A DNA stretch of 64,000 bases, taken from Gemmatimonadaceae bacterium (GTDB taxonomy: Bacteria > Gemmatimonadota > Gemmatimonadetes > Gemmatimonadales > Gemmatimonadaceae). The position numbers were made by a program, and so were the translations under genes. Where the stretch lies: NCBI GenBank assembly GCA_044224875.1, contig JBGAJQ010000006.1, positions 64,001 to 128,000 of the forward strand, in the 5' to 3' direction. The notes beneath the pieces were generated by a model that was given only the letters and a program-made list of their open reading frames with translations, ran no database searches and was not told the origin of the DNA. Positions 28,717 through 38,427 of the stretch are shown here, piece after piece (the stretch's first letter is position 1; each line of letters starts with the position of its first letter).

Positions 28717-29696
28717 CCACGCCGGTCAACACGACCGTCCTCGCGCCGCCGCGCGCCATGGTCCTGGGTGCCAACGGCTTTCTTGGACGCTGGATGGCGC
28801 GTGTCCTCACTGCCGCGGGAAGTGAACTCGTCTGCGTTTCGCGAACCGGTACGGCGCTCGAGATGGATCGATGGGGCATCCGAGGGCGTTTCGTCGCTGC
28901 CGATTTGACCGATTTCGACGCCGTGGACGCACTGATATCACGCGAAGCACCGGATGTGTTGTTCAACCTGGCGGGATATGGGGTGGACCGAGGTGAACGG
29001 GACCAAGCCGTCGCCGAGCGAGTCAACGCTGACTTACCTCGCATCCTGGCGGAGAGCTGTGCTCGGCTCCCGGCCTCCACATGGACTGGCGTGCGTCTGC
29101 TACATGTGGGGTCGGCGCTCGAATACGGTGTCACCGGTGGCGTCCTGCGCGAGGATTCCGCGATGCAACCGACCACAGGTTACGGAATCACCAAACTCGC
29201 CGGCACGTTAAACGTGGCCGACGTCGCGCGCACGTCAGGACTGCGCGCGTGCACCGGTCGGCTTTTCACCGTGTTTGGCCCGGGTGAGCACGCCGGAAGG
29301 CTCTTCCCCACGCTGCTCGCGGCATCCCGGCGAGAGGACCCGATTCCGCTCTCCGTTGCCACACAAACACGCGACTTCGCCTTTGCCGGCGATGTCGTCG
29401 AGCGATTGTTGCAGCTGTGTAGCGCGCCCGTGCGCTCGGGTGAAGTGGTCAACGTGGCCTCGGGCGTCATGCACACCGTGCGCGAGTTCGTGCTGGAAGC
29501 AGCACGCGCCCTCCACATCGAGCGCTCACGACTGCGCTTCGGGGATGTGTCGGTTCGCCCCGAAGAAATGTCGCACACCGGCGTGTCGGTGGAGCGACTC
29601 ACGGCACTGACCGGTGGGGCCTTGAGTTCAAACCTGGCCCAGCTCATGTCGCGCGCGACGGCGGCGGTGCAGGCGATCGGGTGGCAACCTGCCTAG
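28713..29696 (+). CDS. NAD(P)-dependent NDP-sugar epimerase/4-ketoreductase (extended SDR, RfbJ-like)
   Basis: GANGFLG, GSALEYG, YGITK, VFGPGE, TRDF. Confidence 0.8.
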   Translation: MTTPVNTTVLAPPRAMVLGANGFLGRWMARVLTAAGSELVCVSRTGTALEMDRWGIRGRFVAADLTDFDAVDALISREAPDVLFNLAGYGVDRGERDQAVAERVNADLPRILAESCARLPASTWTGVRLLHVGSALEYGVTGGVLREDSAMQPTTGYGITKLAGTLNVADVARTSGLRACTGRLFTVFGPGEHAGRLFPTLLAASRREDPIPLSVATQTRDFAFAGDVVERLLQLCSAPVRSGEVVNVASGVMHTVREFVLEAARALHIERSRLRFGDVSVRPEEMSHTGVSVERLTALTGGALSSNLAQLMSRATAAVQAIGWQPA

Positions 29697-31246
29697 GTGC
29701 TACGCCCGCGACGCCAGCGAACCATCAGGTACCACCCGAGGGCCATGCTGTAGGCCAGCAGCGAAGGCAGGTAGAAGCGCTTCAACTCGCTGGCGTATGG
29801 CGCCACGGTCCAGGCCAGGAGGGGATACGGCATCGCCAGCGCCAACCCGGTGGCCCAACGGCCGTATGCCGACATGGGAACCAGCGCGGCCATGGCGACG
29901 AACCACAGGACGTACCATGGCCAGGCATGCGACGCACCCACAAGCAGCATGGTCATCATCACAGCCGCACCCGCCTCACGAAGCCGAGCGAGTCCTCCAT
30001 CCCTGACGTATCGATACAACTCGAGTAGGGTGATGAGCGGAAACACGCCCACGGCGACGTAGGCCAGGAAACGCAGCGGCGCGCCCGTCAGCTCAACAAG
30101 CGCGAGGATGGCGTCCGACGGAAGGTAGAAATGTCCGCCATGCACGTCGGACGTCGATGCGAAGAAATCCAGCCCACGAAAGACCGGTGCAAATGCCAGC
30201 ACCGTCAGGACCGCGGCCAACGCCGCCCGCGGCAGGTACGCGCGCACGTACCGTGCAATGTCCCGAGACTCCTCTGGCTCTCGGTACAGCGCGTCCAGGA
30301 GAAAGAGCGGGGCGCTCGCGTACTTGAACAGCACGGACGCCGTGAGCGCCGCCGTCGCCGCCATCGGTCGGCCCGACCGCCGAAGGTGCATCCAGAAGAG
30401 GGCACAACCCACCATGGCCACATCGTTGTGTCCGTCGCCAACCGTCTGTACCACGCCAATCGGCAGCCACGCGACCATGGCGATGGCGAGGACCTGCTCA
30501 AACGGGGTTCGATCCCGAACGAGCGCGCGCACGACGCAGAGCACGCCGACCCACGCAGCCGCCAGGACCACCTTGAAGAGCAGTGCGCCCCACAGCGCGT
30601 GTCCGCCCGTGACCCACATGATCGCCGCCGACGTGTACGCCCAGAGTGGGCCATACGTCATGTGCATGATTGGCGCGTCGATCGGCAGCCAGCTCGTCGC
30701 GATGGCGGGGACGTCGTAGTACGGATTGATACCCGCAGCGAGCGTTCGTCCCCACGCCACGGACAGCCAGAAGTCGGGGACGAGGACTGGCACGGCGGGT
30801 ACCAGCAGCACCGCGAACACAATGCCCCACCGAAGCGCGCGGTCAGCGTCCGTCGGCTCCAACGACGCCCGGTTCTTCCACGCGACCCGAAGCACGCCGA
30901 GGGTCGCGAGTGACGCGGCCATCAGTGGCGCCGCATACGCGATCAGGAACACGCGCCGGTCTTCCATCAGTCCGCGGGATCGCAACGACAGCTGCAGGCC
31001 CCAGCGCCAGGCCGGCAGCCCGTCGTAACTGCGGCCCTGCAGCCAGGGGATCGCTTCGCCGATTCGCGCAAAGAACTCGAATTGCCCATACGTGCGCGTT
31101 TCGTACGAGGCGAATGGCGCCAGAAGCCATGATAGGCAGGCGACAAGTGCGATGCACAGGGCTGCCACCACGCCAAACCAGATCAGCGCGCGCCGGAATC
31201 GCTCACGGCCTGCGCGATCTACGGCCAAATCCGCGGACTTATCCAT
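29693..31246 (-). CDS. Polyprenol-phosphomannose-dependent mannosyltransferase-like protein (MptA/MptB, GT87-like GT-C)
   Basis: GINPY, YGPLW, GHND, KY, WPWY motifs; polytopic. Confidence 0.7.
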   Translation of the reverse strand: MDKSADLAVDRAGRERFRRALIWFGVVAALCIALVACLSWLLAPFASYETRTYGQFEFFARIGEAIPWLQGRSYDGLPAWRWGLQLSLRSRGLMEDRRVFLIAYAAPLMAASLATLGVLRVAWKNRASLEPTDADRALRWGIVFAVLLVPAVPVLVPDFWLSVAWGRTLAAGINPYYDVPAIATSWLPIDAPIMHMTYGPLWAYTSAAIMWVTGGHALWGALLFKVVLAAAWVGVLCVVRALVRDRTPFEQVLAIAMVAWLPIGVVQTVGDGHNDVAMVGCALFWMHLRRSGRPMAATAALTASVLFKYASAPLFLLDALYREPEESRDIARYVRAYLPRAALAAVLTVLAFAPVFRGLDFFASTSDVHGGHFYLPSDAILALVELTGAPLRFLAYVAVGVFPLITLLELYRYVRDGGLARLREAGAAVMMTMLLVGASHAWPWYVLWFVAMAALVPMSAYGRWATGLALAMPYPLLAWTVAPYASELKRFYLPSLLAYSMALGWYLMVRWRRGRST

Positions 31247-32795
31247 CGGCGATACCCTTCCTGTCCCATCCGCGCCACGTCAGCCACAACACGCCAGCCA
31301 GTACCAGGTACAGGGCCCAGATGGTCCACCACGGGAACTGCAGGCTGTAGCCGCTGGCCATCTTGTCCGCCACGATCAGGACCGGCAACGTAGGGCCCGT
31401 GTGCAGAACGAGCGTCAAGGCCGTCGGGATGTCCTCGCGCGTCATGCTCACGGCCAGGGAGACCACAAGCGAGAGCCCGATCAATCCCCAACGGGCCAGC
31501 GCTGGCATTCGGCGCAGGACCGGGACTGCTGCCAGAAACAACAACGGGACCGCTGGCACCATGTAACGCACACCAGTGTTCCACTGCAGGTTGGCAAACT
31601 GGTTTGCGCAACTGAAGAGGTACAACGCGGCGAAGCAGGCGTACGCCCATCGAAGATGGCTCTGCCTCGGCGTGTCCGCTGCCGGCCGTATCCAGGGCGT
31701 CGCCAAACCCGCCAGCAGCAACGGACAGAACGCAAAAATTCCGTAGCGCAGGTCAAACAGGTTACCCCAGATCAACTCCTGTGTCGGCAGGGTGAAACCG
31801 AACCACCCGCGGACGCTGAATTCAGTGGGTGGCATGTACCGCTGCGCGGGGTACCATGGGCTCCCGAACGCGATCCACTGGTAGGCCAGGAGTAGGGCGA
31901 TCGGCCCGAGCGCGCCCAGGACGTACGTGACCCCAAACCGGAGTGCCCCCGTAGCCCGCCCCCACCGCCGTCCCTCGGCCAGGATCCACAGCCCAAACAC
32001 CACCAGAAATGGTACCGCACTGTAGTCGTTCACGAGGCTACTGCCGAGACACAGGCCGATCAGGAAGAGGTCGCGCGGAGCATGCCAGGCACTCGACATT
32101 GGACGTGCTGCGGCTTCGAACCCCCTCGCATCGGCAAGACCGGTGTCGCGTGTCATGATAAGCCACGAGATCAGTACCAAGTGCGCGATAATCACGTTCT
32201 GATTCAGGAACGCTGACCGGAAGAGCATGGGCGTAGCGAAGGCGTAGACCAGCGCCCAGACGAGTGCCTCGCGCTCGCTACCCACGCGGCCCCGGAGGGT
32301 ACGCCAAACCAGGAGTGTGGCCAGCGCACCGAGCGGTGCCATCAACAGGACTTGTATGCCGATGGCTGCCAGCCCCAAGGTGACGTCCAGACCCTTCGCA
32401 CGTGCCGCGTTCATGAAGCGCGTGCGGTTCGGTCGCGGGTCGTCGTATATCGCTGGTGGTTTTGGTGCCGCGATGTCTGGCTTGATCCTGACGGCCAGCG
32501 CGATCGCCGGACGCACGAACACGTACGCCACTCCCCCAAGCATGGACGCACCGGGGTTGTTGTTGATGTACCCGCCGCGACCGGGTATCTCGAAGAGGTC
32601 AGGATGGAGCCCGAGATACTCATCGACACGGACCGAACCATGCGTACCTAACGCGATGGCCAGGTACGTCTCGCGCACCACGTTGGTCGTGGCGTGCACC
32701 GAGAAGATCAGCCATACCGTGAAGAAGAGGCGTGCCGCCGTGCCTCGCCTGGAGGAACTCACGCGCCTCTCCATGGATGCCGCGAGCGAATTCAC
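31239..32795 (-). CDS. Polytopic membrane protein, putative GT-C glycosyltransferase
   Basis: TM-rich; NNNPGAS, FATP, FGSPW, GVRYMVP. Confidence 0.6.
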   Translation of the reverse strand: MNSLAASMERRVSSSRRGTAARLFFTVWLIFSVHATTNVVRETYLAIALGTHGSVRVDEYLGLHPDLFEIPGRGGYINNNPGASMLGGVAYVFVRPAIALAVRIKPDIAAPKPPAIYDDPRPNRTRFMNAARAKGLDVTLGLAAIGIQVLLMAPLGALATLLVWRTLRGRVGSEREALVWALVYAFATPMLFRSAFLNQNVIIAHLVLISWLIMTRDTGLADARGFEAAARPMSSAWHAPRDLFLIGLCLGSSLVNDYSAVPFLVVFGLWILAEGRRWGRATGALRFGVTYVLGALGPIALLLAYQWIAFGSPWYPAQRYMPPTEFSVRGWFGFTLPTQELIWGNLFDLRYGIFAFCPLLLAGLATPWIRPAADTPRQSHLRWAYACFAALYLFSCANQFANLQWNTGVRYMVPAVPLLFLAAVPVLRRMPALARWGLIGLSLVVSLAVSMTREDIPTALTLVLHTGPTLPVLIVADKMASGYSLQFPWWTIWALYLVLAGVLWLTWRGWDRKGIADG

Positions 32796-33041
32796 TCGCG
32801 TTGACCGGCGGTTGGGCGCACGACGGAGACCGCATTGGGCGGTGGCGCCACCGAGCGATGTGTGCTGAGCGAGTTGGGCGGAGTCATCTGGTCGTCCAAA
32901 CTACGCACGGAGGGGAGTTCAGCCCAAGGGCCACCCTCGTGTCTGGCAGTTCCCGCCGGATGGGAAGGGGAGATCTATGTCGGGGCGAAGGCTTCGCGGA
33001 TCGTCGCGGGGCGGTCATCGAGGTGCAGATCGCTGGGCGTC

Positions 33042-34457
33042 CTACAGTGTGAGGTCGGGTAGGGCGAGGCCCCGAAAGCGCACGCCTCCGACGACCACCA
33101 GGGCCACGCCGTACGCCACGGCGCCGGCCAGCAACGCCCGCCACAGAGGGTCGGCGCCCGTCAGATACAACACGCCACCCATCGCCAGCGTTGCCGCGAC
33201 CGGCTTCGCGAGTCGGCGAAGGCTCGAAAAGCGATACCCCACCATCGCCGCGGCGCGCGAAGCCAGAGCCAGCCGAATGACCTCCGTCGTCAGTGTCGCC
33301 GCGGCGGCCCCGGCGAGTCCGTAGGTCGGAACGAGTGCGATATTGAGCGCGACGTTGCAGATGACCGTCACAAGGTTCACGCGCACCAGCGATCGCTCGC
33401 CATCACTGGCAATGACCGCGACGACAGCGATTTCGCGGATCGCCGCGAACGGGAGGGAGAGCACCAGCCAGCGCAAGGCCACTGCGCCCGGGAGAAACGC
33501 GTCCCCAAACACGAAGGTCAGGAGTGTCGATGCCACCACCGCGCCGCCGATCGCCACCGGCAGCGTCAACGCGACAACCTGAGCGACGGCGCCGTCGTAC
33601 AGCCGATCTCGCACACCACCCTCCGTGGTATCACGACTTCGTGCGAGCGTCGGCATGACGGAATGCGCAAACGCCACGATCAGGTTTGACGAAAAGGCAA
33701 TGAACGTGTACGCAGCGGCATACTCGCCCGCCGCCGCCTCGCCCTTCACGTAGCGCAAGAAGATCAGGTCGAAGTTGAACAGCACCAATCCGAGCAGCGT
33801 GAACGCCACAAGCGGCCGACCGCGAACGAAGAGTTCACGACACACCTGCCAGCTCCAGCTCACGCCTAACCGCATCCCAGCCTTCCATGTTCCAGCCATC
33901 ATCAGGACAGTGGTCAGCACCCCACCGGCGATGGCCGCCAGCGGCACCCACGGCAGGTCGTTCGCCCGTTGGACCAGGATCGCCACCAGACCTAATGCCA
34001 CCAGTTCGCCAGCGATGCGCGCCGCCGCCACCACACCGGGTCGTCGCACGCCCAGAAGCACCCACCGTGTGCTGGCAGCGGCCAGGATGAGCGTTGGTGC
34101 GTAGAGTGCCAGCACGCGTCCGTCTGGTGCAGGGAAGACACTCGTCGCGATCACGGCAACGACCAGGGCCAGTGCGACGGCGGCGAGAACGCGATACGTC
34201 AACGTGGCCGAGACGACGGCACGCGCACGCAGCTCGTCTCTCGCCACCAACGGGACGCCCACCAGCTCAATCCCTTGATCGGCCACCTGCGTCAGGTACA
34301 ACAGCAGACCGGACGCCACGCCGACGATCCCAAACGCGTCCGGTCCAAGGCGTCGCGCAATCAGCAGGGAGGCCCCGAAGGCAATCAGGCGGGCGACGGC
34401 CTCGCCGACGCCGAGGGTCGCCGTATTCATCGGGGCCGGCTCTCTGGCGTCCGTCAT
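33042..34457 (-). CDS. wzx: Wzx-type oligosaccharide flippase (MOP family)
   Basis: ARRLGPDAFG, DLIFLR, GEYAAAY, NVALNIALVPTYGLAGAAAAT; about 12-14 TM segments. Confidence 0.85.
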   Translation of the reverse strand: MTDAREPAPMNTATLGVGEAVARLIAFGASLLIARRLGPDAFGIVGVASGLLLYLTQVADQGIELVGVPLVARDELRARAVVSATLTYRVLAAVALALVVAVIATSVFPAPDGRVLALYAPTLILAAASTRWVLLGVRRPGVVAAARIAGELVALGLVAILVQRANDLPWVPLAAIAGGVLTTVLMMAGTWKAGMRLGVSWSWQVCRELFVRGRPLVAFTLLGLVLFNFDLIFLRYVKGEAAAGEYAAAYTFIAFSSNLIVAFAHSVMPTLARSRDTTEGGVRDRLYDGAVAQVVALTLPVAIGGAVVASTLLTFVFGDAFLPGAVALRWLVLSLPFAAIREIAVVAVIASDGERSLVRVNLVTVICNVALNIALVPTYGLAGAAAATLTTEVIRLALASRAAAMVGYRFSSLRRLAKPVAATLAMGGVLYLTGADPLWRALLAGAVAYGVALVVVGGVRFRGLALPDLTL

Positions 34458-34511
34458 CGATCGCGATGGGACTCGGCGGGAAGCAGCCGGCGGTCGCCGA
34501 TTCGCATGCTG

Positions 34512-35504
34512 TTAACGGGTCGTCGCCTGTGGCTCCACCGGCACATCCATTCCGGTCCCGAGGCCACGGCGACCGAGCAGCCAGGCGATCGCGCCGCCTA
34601 ACAGCCCGCCGGAGATGATCACCGCCTCGAATACCAAACCCGTCGCAACCGCCTTCACCGCCGATACGCCAAACGGAGCAAACAGGGCCGCCTGCGCGGC
34701 CTCACGAACTCCGATCCCTCCCTGCGTCACGGGCAGCAGGCCGGAGATCTTGGCCAACGGCCAGACAAACAGCCAAACGTAGAGCGGAATCGAGATGCCG
34801 ATCACCATGCCGAGCCAATAGTTCAGGACCACCAGGGACGACTGGAGCAGCATGCCGAGCAGAAATGCGGCGAGGAGGGCGGGCGTGTTTCCAGCGGTCG
34901 CTCGGATCGCCTGCCGGACCTGCACCAGCTTGCGCCGCACCTTGAAGGGAAACCGCCGCACCGGCAGCATGGCCACACCGACGAGGGTGCCGATACCCGC
35001 GACCGTCAGCAACAATCCCAAACCAATGAAGATCTTTCGGCTTTGCGCATCCAGCGCGCGTGGGGACAATAGCGCGCCGATTCCGGCTACCGCCGCCATA
35101 CCGACGATGTCAAGCAAGCGGTCGACGAGACTGCCCAGCACCAAGCCGCTCTTCGACTTGGCAGCCTTCATCGCGACGCCTGCCTTCACGACGTCGCCCC
35201 CCACAATGGATGGCAAGAAGGTGTTGCCGAATAGCCCCCAATAGTAGGCTCGGGCGGACTCGGCAAAGGACAGGTCGGCCCCGGCCACATTGATGAGGAT
35301 CCGCCACTTGGCCACACCGATCAGGTGAAGGCACATGTAGACACCGATCGCAATGGGCCAAACGGACCAGGGTACCTTGCCTAACGCTTCCTTCATTTCG
35401 TTGAATGGAAGCACCTTCAGCAACATCGCCAGGATCAGTGCGCTCCCGCCAATGCGAACCGCCGGATGTCGCCACACGGGTCGTCGTGCTTCGTGGCGTG
35501 TCAT
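34512..35504 (-). CDS. Lysylphosphatidylglycerol-synthase TM domain / flippase-like protein
   Basis: KWRIL, NTFLPSIVGGDVVK, DRLLD, PVTQGGIGVRE. Confidence 0.85.
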   Translation of the reverse strand: MTRHEARRPVWRHPAVRIGGSALILAMLLKVLPFNEMKEALGKVPWSVWPIAIGVYMCLHLIGVAKWRILINVAGADLSFAESARAYYWGLFGNTFLPSIVGGDVVKAGVAMKAAKSKSGLVLGSLVDRLLDIVGMAAVAGIGALLSPRALDAQSRKIFIGLGLLLTVAGIGTLVGVAMLPVRRFPFKVRRKLVQVRQAIRATAGNTPALLAAFLLGMLLQSSLVVLNYWLGMVIGISIPLYVWLFVWPLAKISGLLPVTQGGIGVREAAQAALFAPFGVSAVKAVATGLVFEAVIISGGLLGGAIAWLLGRRGLGTGMDVPVEPQATTR

Positions 35505-36529
35505 GTCCGGTCCCCTTCAGCTGGCACGCGCGCCAGCGTCGGCCGTTCCCATGACTCGTTTGCCACGCGTCCTGACGCTCCTCCAGCGTCTAGATTGGCT
35601 TCGATGCGGCGCAGGCGGTATACCGCCTCCTCCACGATCTGGCGGTTGAAGCTGATGAGATCTGCCACGACACCAATCAGCAGGATCTGGAATCCGACGA
35701 TGATGAAGATGGCCGACAAGATCAGTGACTGGATGTGGCCGACCTTGTCGACAAAGAAGTACAGGTACAGGAACCGTAGTCCGGGCAGAATCCCCAAGCC
35801 AATGAAGAACAGGCCGAGTGATGAGAACACGCGGATCGGCCGGTACATGGTGTACGCGCGGAGCATCGTCACACCCGACTTCCGGATGTAGTGCGGTATG
35901 CTCTTCATCAGCCGCGACGGCCGCGTTTGCGGATTGATGCCGATGGGGACGAACTCGACCGCGGCGCGTCGGGCACCGGCCTGGATCAATGACTCCAGGG
36001 TGTAGGAGTAGTTGCTCAGGATCATCGTGCGGAAGGCGCACTCCCGCGACAGCGCGCGAAAGCCGCTGGTTGCATCGGGTGTGTTGAGTTCGGCCGCGCG
36101 ACCCAGCACCCAGCTGCCAAATACCTGGAGCCGGCGCTTGATCCATGAAAAGTTCGGCAGCGATCCCACCCCGCGATCACCCACGACGAGCTCGGCTCGT
36201 CGGGCCAGGATTGGCTCAACCAACTTGGCGATGTCACTGGCCTGGTACTGGTTGTCTGCATCGGTGTTCACGATGATGTCGGCGCCGGCTCGCACGCTGC
36301 CTTCCAGCCCCGCCATGAACGCGGCCGCCAGTCCGCGGTTACGCTCGAACTGGACGACGTGACGAATGCCTAACGCACGAGCGACATCAGCCGTCCCGTC
36401 GGTGCTCCCATCGTCCACAATGAGGATCTCGACCTCGTCAACACCCGGCAACGTCCGCGGCAACGCGGCGATCGTGGCAGGGAGCGTCTTTGCCTCGTTC
36501 AGGCACGGGATCTGGATAATGACTTTCAT
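35501..36529 (-). CDS. GT2 glycosyltransferase with C-terminal TM helices (polyprenyl-phosphate glycosyltransferase-like)
   Basis: MKVIIQIPCLNE, VDDGSTD, DADNQY, DATSGFR; ATGA overlap. Confidence 0.88.
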   Translation of the reverse strand: MKVIIQIPCLNEAKTLPATIAALPRTLPGVDEVEILIVDDGSTDGTADVARALGIRHVVQFERNRGLAAAFMAGLEGSVRAGADIIVNTDADNQYQASDIAKLVEPILARRAELVVGDRGVGSLPNFSWIKRRLQVFGSWVLGRAAELNTPDATSGFRALSRECAFRTMILSNYSYTLESLIQAGARRAAVEFVPIGINPQTRPSRLMKSIPHYIRKSGVTMLRAYTMYRPIRVFSSLGLFFIGLGILPGLRFLYLYFFVDKVGHIQSLILSAIFIIVGFQILLIGVVADLISFNRQIVEEAVYRLRRIEANLDAGGASGRVANESWERPTLARVPAEGDRT

Positions 36530-38427
36530 GTGCGTTCCAGGCGGCAGACGAGCAAGTCGCCGTCCCCCACCGTTCCCGGGAATCGTTGGGTGTTCCCACT
36601 GGTGCACGCCTCGCGGACGTACGCGGCCAGGCCTGCATCAAAACGCTCGAGGTAGCGCGGGAACGCGAAGACGAACCACACGCGACGCCCAGCGCTGCCG
36701 GTGGTCGCGTCGGCGCGACGGAGCCCTTCAAGATCGGCGGCGGTATGGATGCCCTGCCACGTTTTCTGAAAGTATGTCGAGTATACCGACGTCGTGACGT
36801 CGGCCGTCACGATCGCGTCACCGGGAGCTGCGGACGACTCGGCGTATCGCGCCGCGCCCTCAAAGTCCTGTTTCGGCAGCTTCCAGTTCAGCGGTACGGA
36901 CAGTGCCGAGACGAGCACCACAGCGCCTGAGAGTCCAGCGCCCAGACGGTGACCCGCCGTCTCGCTCCAACGCAGGTGCTTGGCCGCCCATTCACCCGTC
37001 GCGAATGCCCCGCGGATGCCAATGAGCAGGGCAAACCCCGCCAGCACAAAGAAGAACCGCGGGTACATCGTCCCACGCGCGGCGAACGCGCCCATCAGCG
37101 TCGTGACAGCCGGCAGCACCAACAGCAGAAACGTTCGCAGGTTCTGTCGTGCATAGCTCACGGCCCCGGCGACGCCGATGGCACCCCCAATGCCGAGTAC
37201 CAGGAGGCCGATCCAGAGTACTCCCCCCCCGCCAAAGCCCATTCGCAGCACGCGGAAAGCCTCCGTCAGCGCCCAACTCGGCGACGAGATTCCGCGCAGG
37301 TTCGACTGCTTGTGGAGGAAGAACGCCATCACCGACGAGAACATCGGGAGGTAGAGTACGAGTGCCAACACCGCCGAAAGGGCAAACCCCGCCAGTGGAC
37401 CACGCCATGAAATCCGCCGATCCTTGACGGGCCAGCCAAGGACAGCCGCAACAACCACCAGGAACTGCCCGACGACGGTGAAAACAAACGTCAGATGCGT
37501 GTACGCTCCCAGCCCTGCGGCCACGCCATACCAGATCCACCAACGATACTCGTCCGATCGGAGGGCCTGCAGGAGTATCCACGTCGCCACCACCGCAAAG
37601 AACGTGAGCGCCGAGTACCCGCGCGCGTTCTGCGAAAACCACACATGGTGATATGACAGGGCCAATAACGCCGCCGCCGCCAACGACTCGGCGCGACTGG
37701 TGATGCGAACGCCTAACGCGTAAAGCGCTGGTATCGTCGCCACCCCCAGCGCCAGGGCCGGAAGACGGACCGACCATGCCGATTCGCCGAAGGCGGTGAG
37801 CGAAAGATGAGCGAGAAGGGAGTACAGGGGGTGCTTGTTGTCTCCCGGGAACACCGAAAGCGTCTCCGGGAACGGCGTGCGGAAGGATTGCATCACCGAA
37901 TAGATCTCATCGGTCCAGAGCCCGCTGTTCAATCCCGGCAGGCGGACGAGCACCCCGATGACGGTCAGCAGACCGACGGCGATCCAGAACGTCCGACCGG
38001 GTGCCGACGTGCTCGAGGTCGCGGTGCGCGAACGCGGCGGGCGCTTCGCCGAGCGCTCCCGAACCGGCGCTCGGCGTTCCTCGACAGGTTCAACACTTGA
38101 GGCGCGCGGCGTGCGCTGGACGGGTGCCGCAACGGGTGCCGGGCTGTCAGTCTTGTCTGCTCGACCTCCCCGGCGGTTCGCCTGACGGTCGCGTCGTCGG
38201 GTGCGCTTGGGTTCGCTCGGATCGCGCTTCGGTGCGGGGGCTTCGCGCGCTGGTTCCTCTACAGGCGACGTGCGAGCCTCGGTCGCTTCCGGACGGTTGC
38301 GACGGCGCCCGCGTGATCGGTCGCGCCGGCGTCGCGGGCGCGACGCACCCTCGCCGCGCGATCGCTCCCCTTCGGATGGCGAAGGCGACGCTTCGTCGGG
38401 ACGCTCTCCGGGTTCCCGATCCTCCAT
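36526..38427 (-). CDS. GT39/ArnT-like membrane glycosyltransferase with a long disordered Arg-rich N-terminus
   Basis: LWTDEIYS, HPLY, FGESAWSVRLP, SQNARGY, YTH; start at MEDRE with GGAGG RBS. Confidence 0.8.
   Translation of the reverse strand: MEDREPGERPDEASPSPSEGERSRGEGASRPRRRRDRSRGRRRNRPEATEARTSPVEEPAREAPAPKRDPSEPKRTRRRDRQANRRGGRADKTDSPAPVAAPVQRTPRASSVEPVEERRAPVRERSAKRPPRSRTATSSTSAPGRTFWIAVGLLTVIGVLVRLPGLNSGLWTDEIYSVMQSFRTPFPETLSVFPGDNKHPLYSLLAHLSLTAFGESAWSVRLPALALGVATIPALYALGVRITSRAESLAAAALLALSYHHVWFSQNARGYSALTFFAVVATWILLQALRSDEYRWWIWYGVAAGLGAYTHLTFVFTVVGQFLVVVAAVLGWPVKDRRISWRGPLAGFALSAVLALVLYLPMFSSVMAFFLHKQSNLRGISSPSWALTEAFRVLRMGFGGGGVLWIGLLVLGIGGAIGVAGAVSYARQNLRTFLLLVLPAVTTLMGAFAARGTMYPRFFFVLAGFALLIGIRGAFATGEWAAKHLRWSETAGHRLGAGLSGAVVLVSALSVPLNWKLPKQDFEGAARYAESSAAPGDAIVTADVTTSVYSTYFQKTWQGIHTAADLEGLRRADATTGSAGRRVWFVFAFPRYLERFDAGLAAYVREACTSGNTQRFPGTVGDGDLLVCRLERT

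Noticed and set aside
32796..33041. 245-bp gap between wzx and the next gene as a possible sRNA or riboswitch
   Set aside because: No recognisable conserved structure or motif by eye
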